Below, one piece after another: positions 25,056 through 37,954 of a stretch of 64,000 nucleotides of DNA (its first letter is position 1; every line of letters begins with the position of its first letter). The stretch covers positions 62,001 through 126,000 of the forward strand of contig NIVC01000594.1 in assembly GCA_002269645.1 (NCBI GenBank), in the 5' to 3' direction. The stretch is from Macrostomum lignano. Its lineage: Eukaryota. The notes beneath the pieces were generated by a model that was not told where the DNA came from, did not search any database, and saw nothing but the letters and a program-made list of their open reading frames with translations. Position numbers and translations under genes: made by a program.

Positions 25056-25874
25056 AGATGTTGCCAATTTAATCCTGACGGAGTCCAATAAATCGCCCTG
25101 CTAAACACGGTTCTACCAGTGCATCGTTAATACAGCCCAAGTTAGCGACTAGCAAACTCCAGACCATCATCAGGGAGGTTGACTAGCTTCTGTGCAGCTC
25201 ATATTTTGTAAATCTAATTATAGCAAACTTATTTGCATAGAAACGAGACTATTTGCAAATAAATTACAATAATTCGAGTCAGTTTTCCAACTAACCCCGC
25301 CTCCTGGGGTCTCAATCAATTACGAGTAGCTAACGAAAAAACTTCGGTTGCACGAGACCAAACAAAAGTTGGTCTGCACTGCTAAATGTACACCCAATGG
25401 AGTCGCTTATCAGTGCTGCTGTGAAAAGTCAGCGTTTAACAGCTGATTGTAAAACTAAAGTGCATGGCTACTATTCAAAAAATGACTGAGCAGATCATTG
25501 ATCTACCTTCACCCGGCCCTACCTTCAATGGCAATTTGTTTTGGCCCATTATTTTACAGTTGCTTCTCGATGTACTTTTACCCTTGAGTACAGATTTCAT
25601 CATGTGACTGATTTCCCTCGTTTATTATCGATCCACCCCTCCGTGTCTTTGCGTTAGCATAAAATAAGTGTGAAATAATGACATCTAGCTGTGCTGGGCA
25701 AATACATATAGAATGCACTTGTTCAGTAAGAGCGTATGTTACTGAGCATGAGTTGAATGGCCGAGATACGAGCGCTCTGGAAGACTCGGCTATTATTCAA
25801 CTCAGCTCTACATATTACACTATCTAGCATTGATTGAGTCCTGCTCGTGAAGGCCAAATAAACTGTGACTACAT

Positions 25875-26580
25875 GGGCCAGACACTAGAGTGACTAGATG
25901 GGCCAGACACTAGAGTGACTAGATGGGCCAGACACTAGAGTGACTAGATGGGCCAGACACTAGAGTGACTAGATGGGCCAGACACTAGAGTGACTAGATT
26001 GGCCAGACACTAGAGTGACTAGATTGGCCAGACACTAGAGTTACTAGATGGGTCAGACACTAGAGTTACTAGATGGGCCAGACACTAGAGTGACTAGATT
26101 GGCCAGAAACTAGAGTGACTAGATTGGCCAGACACTAGAGTTACTAGATGGGTCAGACACTAGAGTTACTAGATTGGCCAGACACTAGAGTGACTAGATT
26201 GGCCAGACACTAGAGTGACTAGATTGGCCAGACACTAGAGTTACTAGATGGGTCAGACACTAGAGTTACTAGATGGGCCAGACACTAGAGTGACTAGATT
26301 GGCCAGACACTAGAGTGACTAGATTGGCCAGACACTAGAGTTACTAGATGGGTCAGACACTAGAGTTACTAGATTGGCCAGACACTAGAGTGACTAGATT
26401 GGCCAGACACTAGAGTGACAGATTGGCCAGACACTAGAGTGACTAGATTGGCCAGACACTAGAGTTACTAGATGGGTCAGACACTAGAGTTACTAGATGG
26501 GCCAGACACTAGAGTGACTAGATTGGCCAGACACTAGAGTGACTAGATAGGTCAGATACTAGAGTGACTAGATGGGTCAA
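25875..26580. repeat. 23-bp minisatellite (gccagacactagagtgactagat(t/g)g)n
   Basis: About 30 copies with a recurring higher-order pattern of gtg/gtt and ttgg/gggtc variants. Confidence 0.95.
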
Positions 26581-28647
26581 CACCCTAAAACGGCTAGAGA
26601 CAGAAACGATTTTAAAGTACATAGTACATACGAGTATAGAGACTAAGTGTTAGATTGATTTAGGCTACTAATCGCTACCTCAAGAAATCTTATTATTTAG
26701 TAAGGAAGGCATTATTTCCAATAATTCTGCGCACAACGCACTGACACTGTTATGAAAGTAGAAGCCACATGCCTTGGCGACCCTCGGAGTGGAGTGGAAG
26801 CTTTTGACAGAAATCTGTCGGGATTTTCCCTCGCCTGTTTCGCAGCTCCCGCCATTTTTAATCTCTGGCGCAGGTCTGGACGAGGGCTACGGCTCAAACT
26901 CGTAAATTTGAGCGACAGCTGCCGATCATAGTGGATTAGTTGGATCTGTGTTCTGCGGGTCAAAACGGCGAAAAACCGCTTTTCAGGAATGACAAAGAAT
27001 CTAAGATTAAGGTGGCATTGGCAACTCTTTGCTATTTGCTCAGACAATCGTTGCAGCAATTACTGAATACTGAATACACCACAGACCCAGTGTGCCTGAG
27101 CGAGAGCTGGAAAACCTTGCGTGATTGCAGTGCAAGTGAGTTGAAGCTAGCTCGCTTATCTTTAACTGGTTATATTGGTTCGTTTCATAAAACCAGTCGT
27201 ATTTTATACTCGATCGTATCTTCATTTAACTGCAAATGATGTTTTTGGTTAAATTTACATTTTCTTTTTTTGTGACATTCTTAGTCATTTCTTCAGCTCA
27301 TTTGTTTTCTCCCTCTCTCCATAGTTCAGTCTTATTATTCTTCTCTATCCCACGCTGCCTTCTGATTGGCTATTCAATCTCGACTAGTCTCAGTCGAGCA
27401 CTCCACTGGAACCGACCAAAAGGGCGACTTGTAGACTTGTATTGGCATATTCTACATGCGTGTAAATTAATGCACCAAGCTAAGGACTACTCAAGTATCA
27501 AAAACCGGAAAACCTCGTTTCTTAGAAAACTTTACGAGGCAGGTTTTTCCGAAAAAAACACTACGGAAATAAAAAGTTTCCATTTTAAGCGCAAAAAATT
27601 GTTATTGCTTTCGATACAGAAGGAAGCCTCAATGTTCATTGTTTGCTATGTTCTGCCTTTCTTTTAGCTCTATTGATATTCATAAAGCTTTTCAACTGTC
27701 AGCTAAGAATCATAAAATAGATCGCATATTCCATACCACTACTCGTATATTTTAACAAATCTAACAAATACGCTCGCACAATTCTAGGCCTAATTTTAAT
27801 CATACATGTAAACTTGTAATTCTAATAAATATATTGCGACTGTCGCCCTTTTGACCTGTAGCCCATTCCACCCCCCGTTCTTATCTGCACTCAACCCCTG
27901 AATTAAAAAAATACACTCGCTTGGACCCCGCGCCCTACAATTCACACGATACGTGATGCAGCCAAACAGAAAGATAGAGAGGACAGAGAGCGATCACTGC
28001 GCAGATTGTACATTTACATAGAGTGTCACTGTAGTGCATAACACCAAAATCATTTTATAGAGGTACCGGTACGAATAGGTCTTAAAATATTAGCTTCATT
28101 GAATTGAAATGCTGAATCAGGATAAACTACATAGAGTCCATCGATGCTTGATGAATTGGCTCTATATGCGCATGTCTCAACGAAAATGATTGGCGCAGCT
28201 TTCATGCTGGCACATGGATGGAACATCCAGAATCGGGCCTGGAATCCTCACCAGTTGATAATTAGAACTTTTCATTTAACCATTTCGCACCCGCTTCGCC
28301 GGTCTCAGTCCACTCCAACCAGCCCCATTAGTTAATCAATACACCCAACACAAAGGCCATTAAATAGTTCGTCTTTGGATGGATTTTACCCACCTGATTA
28401 AGTAAATTCAATTCGTGCACTTTTTAGGCGAATCGATTAAATGGAGAACAGGCAATACTAGTCAGAGATGGCAACTTTATGTGCTCAGAAGATGTAACAA
28501 GATAAATGTATGCTGGACAGCAACAAGGCATTAGGTAAATGCACTTCAAATTACCTACTAAAATTTATTCACATAAAGATAGAAAAATATGCAGCAACAG
28601 CTGAGAATAGATTAATTGGATAGAAAACCGACTTTCCATTGACATGT

Positions 28648-29105
28648 GTAGACTACAGACAGAATCCAGTGCCATAGACTACAGACAGAATCCAGTGCCA
28701 TAGACTACAGACAGAATCCAGTGCCATAGACTACAGACAGAATCCAGTGCCATAGACTACACACAGAATCCAGTGCCATAGACTACATACAGAATCCAGT
28801 GCCATAGACTACAGACAGAATCCAGTGCCATAGACTACACACAGAATCCAGTTCCATAGACTACACACAGAATCCAGTGCCATAGACTACAGACAGAATC
28901 CAGTGCCATAGACTACAGACAGAATCCAGTGCCATAGACTACACACAGAATCCAGTTCCATAGACTACACACAGAATCCAGTGCCATAGACTACAGACAG
29001 AATCCAGTGCCATAGACTACACACAGAATCCAGTGCCATAGACTACACACAGAATCCAGTGCCATAGACTACAGACAGAATCCAGTCCCATAGACTACAG
29101 ACAGA
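28648..29105. repeat. 26-bp minisatellite (atagactacagacagaatccagtgcc)n
   Basis: About 17 copies just downstream of the METTL17 stop codon. Confidence 0.95.
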
Positions 29106-29173
29106 ATACATTTGCAACAATAGTATATAGAATAAATCTCAATGCATAAGCAACTACGACGTATAAACGGGCC

Positions 29174-32100
29174 TCAGCCGCTGACTGCTCCAGTGCTCTC
29201 CTCCACTCGATCCTCAATGCTTTCGCCCTCATCGTCCGCCCAGTCTGGCTCGGGCAGCGGCTCTGGGCACGATTCACCGGTCTCTGAGTCCACCAGCGCA
29301 GGCAGTCGGTCCCCGATTTTGGCGGCGTGAGCGACCAGCAGAAGATCCGGATCCGTGTTGCCGCGCGAGAACCCGTAGCAACCGGCAGAGCCGTTTGGCA
29401 GGCAAAGGCCGACCAGCGCCTGACCGTGCGAGTCCTTCCCGTGTCGGCGAACCGAATCGGTTCGGACGCGACTGGAGCCGGTTTCTATAATGCGAGGCCA
29501 GGCCGGCAGGGCCAGATCGCCCGGAGACCCCTTGGCAACGATTAGGTAGGCGAAGGTGTCCATTAGCACTTCCGGCGGCGTCTGAGAGCTCAGGCGGAAT
29601 TGTACGTACCTGGGGAGTGAGTTGGGACAGCTATGGTTACAGAGAGCCTGTCTGCCTGTCTGTTAGTGTATGTGCATTTAGATTGACTTTTCGTGATTTT
29701 GAAAGTCTCATTAGCTGTACATTTCGATACATAGACCCTTTAGGTGGAGCACCTCGTATTTTTGTTGTTTAGCTTGACCAACTGCATAGTCTGCATATTC
29801 TCTAATTGATTGAGGCGATTCTCTAATTGATTGAAAAGATTCTATTATTGATCGAGGCGATTCTCTCATTGATTGAGGCGATTCTCTCATTGATTGAAAA
29901 GATTCTATTATTGATCGAGGCGATTCTCTCATTGATTGAGGCGATTCTCTCATTGATTGAGGCGATTCTCTAATTGATTGAGGCGATTCTCTAACTGATT
30001 GAGGCGATTTTCTAATTGATTGAAAAGATTCTATTACTGATCGAGGCGATTCTCTCATTGATTGAGGCGATTCTCATTTGTCGAGGCGATTCTCTAATTA
30101 ATTGAGGCGATTCTCTCATTGATTGGGGCGATTCTCATTTGTCGAGGCGATTCTCATTTGTCGAGGCGATTCTCTAATTAATTCAGGCGATTCTCTAATT
30201 GATTGAGACGATTTTTTATTGATCGAGGCGATTCTCTAATTGATTGAGGCGATTCTCTAATTGATTGAGGCGATTCTCTAATTGATCGAGAAAAGCTACA
30301 GAAAAGAAATTATCATTAGGGTCTCAGGAGGAGATTGCAAGCATCGCGCACAACTGCGAGATGTGCGCTAAAAAGCATATATTAACAATTTTGCCACTCA
30401 TCACTGGTTGGGAAAGCTGCACCGCTTGGCCAGTCTCGGACAGGGCGAGTCGTGCGGACACGGGGCCACAATGTGAGCGCCGTCCACAGGTGACAGCCGG
30501 CCGGTGTCCGCATCGGCCAGGCCATAATTATCCAGCAGGTGTTGGCGCGCCTCGGCCACGGCGGCAAATCCGGCCCTGTTGCCGTATTCGATGATAACCA
30601 GAGCGCCGCCCGGCTCAACTTTGGCCCACAGAGTGTCCAGAGTGTCGGCCCGGAGCCCGGCGTCCTGCAGAGTCAGCAGGCTGTGCGCGCAGGTCACCAG
30701 ATCGTAGCGGCGATCCACGCTGGCTGGCAGGAACTGGCGCAGGAAGACGCCCGGGAAGCAGGCGGGCCGGCGCGGGGATCCGTCCTGCGGTGGCGTGCGT
30801 TTCAAGTAGCTCATAATTGTTTAGTAGTGGTGCTGGGTTCTTAGGGTGTTGATTTGTATATTTTAAACTCTAACCAATGCAGCTTAAACGTTTAAGCTGT
30901 CTGTTTGATGTCTTGAGCTTGAAATCCACGCAGCTTGGACCCAAATCCATGTAGATTAAACCCAAATCCATGTAGATTAAACCTTAATACATGTAGATTA
31001 AACCCTAATCCATGTAGATTAAACCCTAATCCATGTAGATTAAACCCTAATCCATGTAGATTAAACCCTAATCCATGTAGATTGAACCCTAATATATACA
31101 GATTAAACCCCCAAATCCATGTAGATTAAACCCTAATTCATGTAGATTAAACCCTAATCCATGTAAATTAAACCCAAATCCATGTAGATTAAACCCAAAT
31201 CCATGTAGATTAAACCCAAATCCATGTAGATTAAACCCAAATCCATGTAGATTAAACCCAAATCCATGTAGATTAAACCCTAATCCATGTAGATTAAACC
31301 CTAATCCATGTAGATTAAACCCTAATCCATGTAAATTAAACCCTAATCTATACAGATTAAACCCTAATATATACAGATTAAACCCAAATCCATGTAGATT
31401 AAACCCTAATCCATGTAAATTAAACCCTAATCCATACAGATTAAACCCTAATCCACACAGATTAAACCCTAAGCCATGTAGCTTAAACCCTAATCCTCTG
31501 CTTTATTACCCTCAAATAAGTCTGATATATAGTACTGTATAAATGAGTAGCACAAGCGTATAAAGCAGGATTTTTCTACTTTTATAATCAAAGCAGGCAA
31601 ATACAGCAGACGTTTAATAACAGAATGAATAAACAACAACCTGCATAAGCAGTCCGGCCAGCGAGTTCATGCTGGAGCACGGATCCACCATGAAATGCTC
31701 GCGCAGCAGGCCCGGCCAAACCGTATTGGCAGCCCAGGCCGAGGTCCCAACGCCCGAGCCGTAGTCGAACAGGGTTCTGGGCCGGAATTCCGGCCAGCGT
31801 TTGCGCAGCTGGTACAGCACTCGGACTCCAGCAGAGTAGTTGGGAGCCAGTCGGGCTACCATGTACAGGATGCAGTTGCGATTACTGAATGTGTGCCGGC
31901 TGTCTGCGGCTGCGTACCGCTTCACTAGTGGCGTCAGCTGGCGGTGTGGGGTAGCGGCTGACACTTGGATTGCGGGAGGGTAGCGGCTGATACGTAGCAT
32001 TGGGGGAGGGTAGCGGCTGACACTTAGGATTGGGGGAGGGTAGCGGCTGACACTTAGGATTGGGGGAGGGTAGCGGCTGACACTTAGGATTGGGGGAGGG

Positions 32101-33255
32101 TAGCGGCTGACACTTGGATTGCGGGAGGGTAGCGGCTGATACGTAGCATTGGGGAGGGTAGCGGCTGACACTTAGGATTGGGGGAGGGTAGCGGCTGACA
32201 CTTAGGATTGGGGGAGGGTAGCGGCTGACACTTAGGATTGGGGGAGGGTAGCGGCTGACACTTAGGATTGGGGGAGGGTAGCGGCTGACACTTAGGATCG
32301 GGGGAGGGTAGCGGCTGACACTTAGGATTGGGGGAGGGTAGCGGCTGACACTTAGGATTGGGGGGTTGTAAGGGTCCCTTCCAGCCGATGTCCTACCTGG
32401 AGTCGTTCAGCCTTCTGCCTGGCAGCTTCCATTGCCTGTTCCTCTTCCGGGGCGCCCGCTTCCGCCATCTCTTCTAACTTCTTCGCGTCGCGTTGTTCTA
32501 ACCGGCGCAGAACTTCTTTCTTGTAGGTGTACCGATCCTTCAGCGGAGCGTCTAGCATCCAGCGACTACGTTGCGGGTTTTGCAGATTTATAGATTTCTA
32601 CAATTATTTCTGTTTTCAACCCTAGAGACTGGTTCAAACCTAGAACCCTGACACTAAATATAGGCTGCCCTTACCTAGACTACCCTAGACAGGTTCCAAA
32701 CACCCTAGAGACAGGTTTCCATGACCCTAGAGACAGGTTGTCATGACCCTAGAGACAGGTTGTCATGACCCTAGAGACAGGTTGTCATGACCCTAGAGAC
32801 AGGTTGTCATGACCCTAGAGACAGGTTTCCATGACCCTAGAGACAGGTTGTCATGACCCTAGAGACAGGTTGTCATGACCCTAGAGACAAGTTTTCATGA
32901 CCCTAGAGACAGGTTTCCATGACCCTAGGACGGGTTCCCATGACCCTAGCCCAAAAAACTTATAAAAGCGCAAAGCAAAGCAGACTAACCTGCAGAGTAC
33001 CGCAGCCTGAGCCTCTAAATTAGCGGGGCTCTCAGGCACGGACTTCAGCGCAAACACGGCGGCCCGATCGAGCCGCAGCGGCAGGCGTATCGGCGGCAAC
33101 GACGCGGCGGCCGGATGACGGCGAAGAAAATCGCGCAGAGTCGGCTCCGGCGGCTGCTGCTCGCCTCTGCGGCGTCGGGTGAAAAATCGATCGGCAACCG
33201 AGCGAATGGACTCGTCGGCTCGAAGGCGCAGCGGCCTGGTAACCCCGGGGATCAT
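29174..33255 (-). CDS. METTL17: Mitochondrial small-subunit methyltransferase-like protein (METTL17/Rsm22); exons ~33255-32990, ~32600-32397, 31937-31641, 30784-30405, 29609-29174
   Basis: Motifs YMVARLAPNY, FRPRTLFDYGSGVG, PGVFLRQFLP, YDLVTCAHSL, LVIIEYG, HIVAPCPHDSPCP, FAYLIVAKG, WPRII and GDRLP. Exons 3-5 join in frame at GT-AG sites; the exon 1/2 junction is uncertain. Confidence 0.9.
29790..30290. repeat. Intronic ~21-bp minisatellite (gaggcgattctctcattgatt)n
   Basis: Imperfect tandem copies in the last METTL17 intron. Confidence 0.9.
30925..31495. repeat. Intronic 20/21-bp minisatellite with telomere-like core (aaccctaatccatgtagatta)n
   Basis: About 27 copies, each containing CCCTAA or CCCAAA. 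Confidence 0.92.
31960..32365. repeat. Intronic 30-bp minisatellite (gtagcggctgacacttaggattgggggagg)n
   Basis: About 13 copies in METTL17 intron 2. Confidence 0.95.
32700..32950. repeat. Intronic 21-bp minisatellite (atgaccctagagacaggttgtc-type)
   Basis: About 11 copies in METTL17 intron 1. Confidence 0.9.
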
Positions 33256-33934
33256 GACCGCTGCACTGGCCGCTACAGTTTCGAGTAAGTATTGATTGGC
33301 TTAGTTGCTCCCACCCAGCAACTGGCTAACGGTAGACAGCATAAATAACTGCGCTGCAATTAGCAAAGGTGACAGTTGTTTCATTATGGAGCTGTTGCTT
33401 GACAGCACTATTGGCTGTAGCAGCCCCTACAGCACTATTGACTGTAGCAGCCTCTACAGCACTCTATTGACTGTAGGGGCACACAGTAGATGAAAATTAG
33501 GAAATTAACTCAATCGAATACTTAAAACACAAGTAAAGAAGTTCGCTGAAGTCGCAGATACCGAGTGCAAACAAATACTGTAAACAAAAGACTGGACTCT
33601 ATCAAGGTGTACTTGCAAAGCAATAAAACACTTACAAAAGTTAAAGTAATTTAAAAAAAATAGTTCTACACAATATTTTGAATAAAAAAATGGAGGAAGA
33701 TTATTGAAATGAAAAATTGCTGCCACGCACTGAGTGCACCTAGAGAAAAAAGAGCTAATTACAAAAATATCTAAATAAGAACCTGCATTTAATGGTTTTC
33801 AAAAGCATCACTTGAAGCATGTAAAAATTGTAAATTGTTCGATTATTGAATAAATGATAAATGTAGAAATTAAAAAATTAAAGCACATATTGCCAGTACA
33901 GGCGCTAACACCGATATTTGAATTGATAAATACT

Positions 33935-34620
33935 GAGGATGGCGGTCCAGTCTGAGGATCTGGGAGAGGATGGCGGTCCAGTCTGCGGATATGGGAGAGG
34001 ATGGCGGTCCAGTCTGCGGATCTGGGAGAGGATGGCGGTCCAGTCTGCGGATCTGGGAGAGGATGGCGGTCCAGTCTGAGGATCTGGGAGAGGATGGCGG
34101 TCCAGTCTGAGGATCTGGGAGAGGATGGCGGTCCAGTCTGAGGATCTGGGAGAGGATGGCGGTCCAGTCTGAGGATCTGGGAGAGGATGGCGGTCCAGTC
34201 TGCGGATCTGGGAGAGGATGGCGGTCCAGTCTGCGGATCTGGGAGAGGATGGCGGTCCAGTCTGAGGATCTGGGAGAGGATGGCGGTCCAGTCTGAGGAT
34301 CTGGGAGGATGGCGGTCCAGTCTGAGGATCTGGGAGAGGATGGCCGTCCAGTCTGAGGAACTGGGAGAGGATGGCGCCCTGAGGAACTGGGAGAGGATGG
34401 CGCCCTGAGGATCTGGGAGAGGAGGGCGCCCTGAGGATCTGGGAAAGAGAGTGGCGCCTCACTCTGAGGATTTGGGAGGGAGTGGCGCCTCACTCTGAGG
34501 ATCTGGGAGAGGATGGCGCCTCACTCTGAGGAACTGGGAGAGGATGGCGCCTCACTCTGAGGATCTGGGAGAGGATGGCGCCTCACTCTGAGGATCTGGG
34601 AGAGGATGGCGCATCTGAGC
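33935..34620. repeat. 31-bp minisatellite (gaggatctgggagaggatggcggtccagtct)n with a variant sub-array
   Basis: Two related unit types in succession, between the PNPO-like and METTL17 genes. Confidence 0.95.
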
Positions 34621-34732
34621 ATTTGGAAATATGGCTGAAAATAAGTGAAGTTATTAACAACGCAAGGTACGAGTACTTCAGGCAGTTCTAACAATTGTAA
34701 AAAGGAGTGAAATATTTCGCAGCACAGATCCA

Positions 34733-36426
34733 CTACTGAGCAATCTGCTCCACCACCCAGTCGGGACACTCGCTGAATGTGAACCGATTGTCAACCTGCG
34801 AGTCCTCGGTACAGCGCGAATAAACCAGGCGCACGTTGCCAATCTCATTGGAATTCTCACAGAATTCGTAGCCGGTGGCTTCAACGCAAAACAGCACCAT
34901 TGAAGGAGGCGGCGGCGGCGGGCCTTTACTGTCGCCGCCCCTGATCAGAGCGTCAACCTCCTGTTGGAATTGTTCTTTGAACTCGTCATCTATGGCCAGG
35001 CTCTGGTTGCTGTCTATGGCGTAGAAGTAGCGGCACAGATCCGGGGTGAATGTTTGGCTGAAGTAGCGACAGATTTGCTGCTTGTCTCTGCCAGAGGGAG
35101 GAGTTGATGAAAAATGTGCACCAAATTCACTGTAAATGGTACCGAATTACTAAGCCTTTTAAGAAACCATACTGACACGAAATTGTTGTGTCGTGGCAAG
35201 GAGCCCGTAAAAGGGCCGTTTTTCTGACTAACTAATAGGGGTATTTTTTCTTACTACTCTACTTAAAGTAGTGCAGTTCATAAATCATTCGTATAATGTA
35301 TTTTGGAATCACGTGACATTTTGGGGTTTCTAATTTATTAATCGTGTAATAATTTATTGTTGGATGTCAAATATAAGCGCGGGTTGTCCTAAGGGAGCTA
35401 TTGTTCTGGTTTTCCGGCAAAAGTCTTACCTGCCTAAGTACTCGTTTGTTTTTCCTGTGTTAGTCTATCGAGACACCACAGGAATCCCGTGGTTATTTTT
35501 AGAAACTATACTGACACGGAATCCCGTGGCAGTTTTTAAAAAATATATACTGACACCGAATCCCGTGGCTATTTTTAAAAAATATATACTGACACGGAAT
35601 CCCGTGGCTATTTTTAAAAAATATATACTGACACGGAATCCCGTGGCTATTTTTAAAAAATATATACTGACACGGAATCCCGTGGCTATTTTGAAAAAAA
35701 TATACTCACACGGAATCCCGTGGCTATTTTTAAAAAATATATACTGACACGGAATCCCGTGGCTATTTTGAAAAAAATATACTCACACGGAATCCCGTGG
35801 CTATTTTTAAAAAATATATACTGACACGGAATCCCGTGGCTATTTTTAGAAAATATATACTGACACGGAATCCCGTGGCTATTTTTAGAAAATATATACT
35901 GACACGGAATCCCGTGGCTATTTTTAGAAACTATATACTCACACGAAATCCTGCGAGTTTTTTTAGAAACTTAAATTCATATTCTTGAAGATCTCTTGTC
36001 GTGACGGAATTAACAAATAACAAAAGAATTGTAAAAAACAGTGATTAGCCGAAAAACCGGGGTCCGTGAATCCTGTAACAATATTTACCTTACAATCGCC
36101 ACTTCGCCTTCGACAGTCACGTGACGGCCTTGGGCCAGCCAATCAAAGAAAAGTGACACTCGATTGTTCTGAGCGATCTGGCAGCCCTTCCGACTGCACT
36201 CGCTAGATAAAAATAGAAAAGCGTCCTCGTTGGCGTCAGCCAGTTGCATTGGCCGCTGCGAAGGTTTCAGGGTTTTAGCGCAGGCGCTGGCCAGGACCAT
36301 GGTGTTGGCCTGGCCGCACAGGCCCGACCGGATGGCGTCCCGCTGCCAGCAGCGGAACAGAGAAAACGGTCGCGAGAAGCCGCGCGCTAGGGCGTCCGCC
36401 GGGCCGCGGATTGGACGAGTGCACGG
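34733..36426 (-). CDS. PNPO: Divergent pyridox(am)ine-5'-phosphate oxidase-like protein; exons 36426-36089 and 35087-34733
   Basis: Exon 1: PFSLFRCWQRDA...NTMVLASA...PSQR...FLFLSSECSRKG.QIAQNNRVSLFFDW...RHVTVEGEV. Exon 2: RYF...SNQS...PPPP...EF...R...W..EQIAQ. This follows the PNPO layout, and the splice phases match. No upstream start exon found; first in-frame ATG at 36300. Confidence 0.75.
35480..35960. repeat. Intronic 39-bp minisatellite (gacacggaatcccgtggctatttttaaaaaatatatact)n
   Basis: About 12 copies in the PNPO-like intron. Confidence 0.95.
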
Positions 36427-36594
36427 CTGGAAGTTAGACCGTACCGCAAAGTTAACAAGTCACTCGCAAGTATTGAACCCTTCTAACCGGTTTTGAGTAG
36501 CTATAGCTATTAGCGATAGCCATATTTTACTATCAGTGCTTCCTCTTCTTTAACAACAAAAATAAAAATAAATGTTAAACCGACAGCTCAGCCA

Positions 36595-36820
36595 CATTTG
36601 AAGGCTGCGTGCAGCTGTTCAGTCCAAGGACTGGAGGGGGGATTGCCACATACACATACACCCGACACCTTCAATTACCCCAGCTAATGCTGGCACCCAT
36701 TTTACAGCTGGGTAAACTAAAGCAATGCAGAGTTAAGTGTCTTGCTCAAGGAAACAAACTGTTCCAAGTGGGTTGGGAATCGAATCCCTGACCTTCAAGT
36801 TGTGAGTTCGATACTCGCAA
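36595..36820 (-). mobile_element. tRNA-derived SINE, second copy of the 14398 family
   Basis: Reverse complement matches 14398-14640 (caattaccccagctaatgctggcacccat...gcaatgcagagttaagtgtcttg...gttcca.gtggg.tgggaatcgaa). Confidence 0.65.
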
Positions 36821-37211
36821 GTTGCACCTTAAGTTGAGTTGCCTAATTTTTACCTTTGCAACACTCACTTTGCCCCTCGCCATCTTTTTTATAAGTTTAG
36901 TCTCACTTTGGGAACTTTGGAAATGAAGAACGCTTGAGTTGTAGTTTGCTAACACATTGATTACTGCATGCAGGAATGCATTCAGATGTGTCAGGTGTGA
37001 CTCACATTGTGAAATATAGGTGTGACAGCCAGCCAGCCTTGACTTTCTCCAGACTTTTCCTTGATGCCTTGAGTATATATCTTCTTTTACAATTCATTTG
37101 GCAATCCAAGAGACAACTAGACACAACTACTAGCTCAATCTAAGCAAGACTTTGAAAACTGACTCAATTGTTATTTAATTATTCAGATTCATTCAAGATT
37201 TAAGTGCTGTA

Positions 37212-37954
37212 CAAGGTGTGGCCAAATAGTAATGAGAATTGCTATTTATATCTTAAGTATAAGCTTTCACTAAAATTGATCATTATGTCTTCTTGAAACT
37301 TAGCTTCTTAGATTTTATATCAATAGGAAGCAGTATTGCGTTGAAGTGTTTTGGTTTTCATAATTTTCTATCTGTTTTTCATTACAGCTCTCATATTGCT
37401 GTCACAAAATGAACAACAAGCAACTAATCAACATTAAGCTTTTGGTAAAACTTGGCAAGAAGCCATTGGAATGCCTCCAATTGCTTTGTCAAGCATATAG
37501 AGATGATTCTGTCTCAAGCAAGGGTGTACTAATGGCATAAGCAATTTTAGGATGGACAGAAGGTCATCAAAGATAGTGCCGAAGTTTTTTAGTGATGATC
37601 ATAAAAGCTGCACTTGGACATTGAGACAATTTTGGGCAAAAAGACAGGTCACAGAGTTGAGCCACACACCTTATTTACCAGATATAATGCCATGATTTTT
37701 GGCCCTTTCCTAAGGTGAAGTAGGTCCTCAAAGAATCCAGATTTGAAGACTTAGATGCCATCAGGGAGTGTGATAAGGGTGCCGAGGGGCATCATGAAGG
37801 ACTTCCAAGCTGCATCAGGAGCTGGCAACAACAATTGAGGTGATATGTTGAAAGTGGCAGCAACTACTTTGAAGGCTGCAGTTGACTAAATTTGCATTTT
37901 ATCAATCTGAAAGTTTTTGTAGCTAAATTCCTATTACTCTTTGGTTACACCTTG
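37212..37954 (+). mobile_element. Internally deleted mariner relic
   Basis: TA-CAAGGTGTGGCCAAATAGTAAT at the left end and ATTACTCTTTGGTTACACCTTG at the right end. A degenerate HxPYxPDxxPxDFW motif lies near 37665-37710. Confidence 0.7.

Noticed and set aside
24334-25108. Four overlapping ORFs of 190-256 aa
   Set aside because: They are products of the 18-bp array, with no unique coding sequence or splice context.
30925-31495. True telomere or chromosome-fusion scar
   Set aside because: CCCTAA is embedded singly in a 21-bp unit, not as contiguous hexamers, and lies within an intact gene's intron.
33870-35988. ORFs 33870-34493, 33905-34462, 35364-35747 and 35797-35988
   Set aside because: They are read through the 31-bp and 39-bp arrays.
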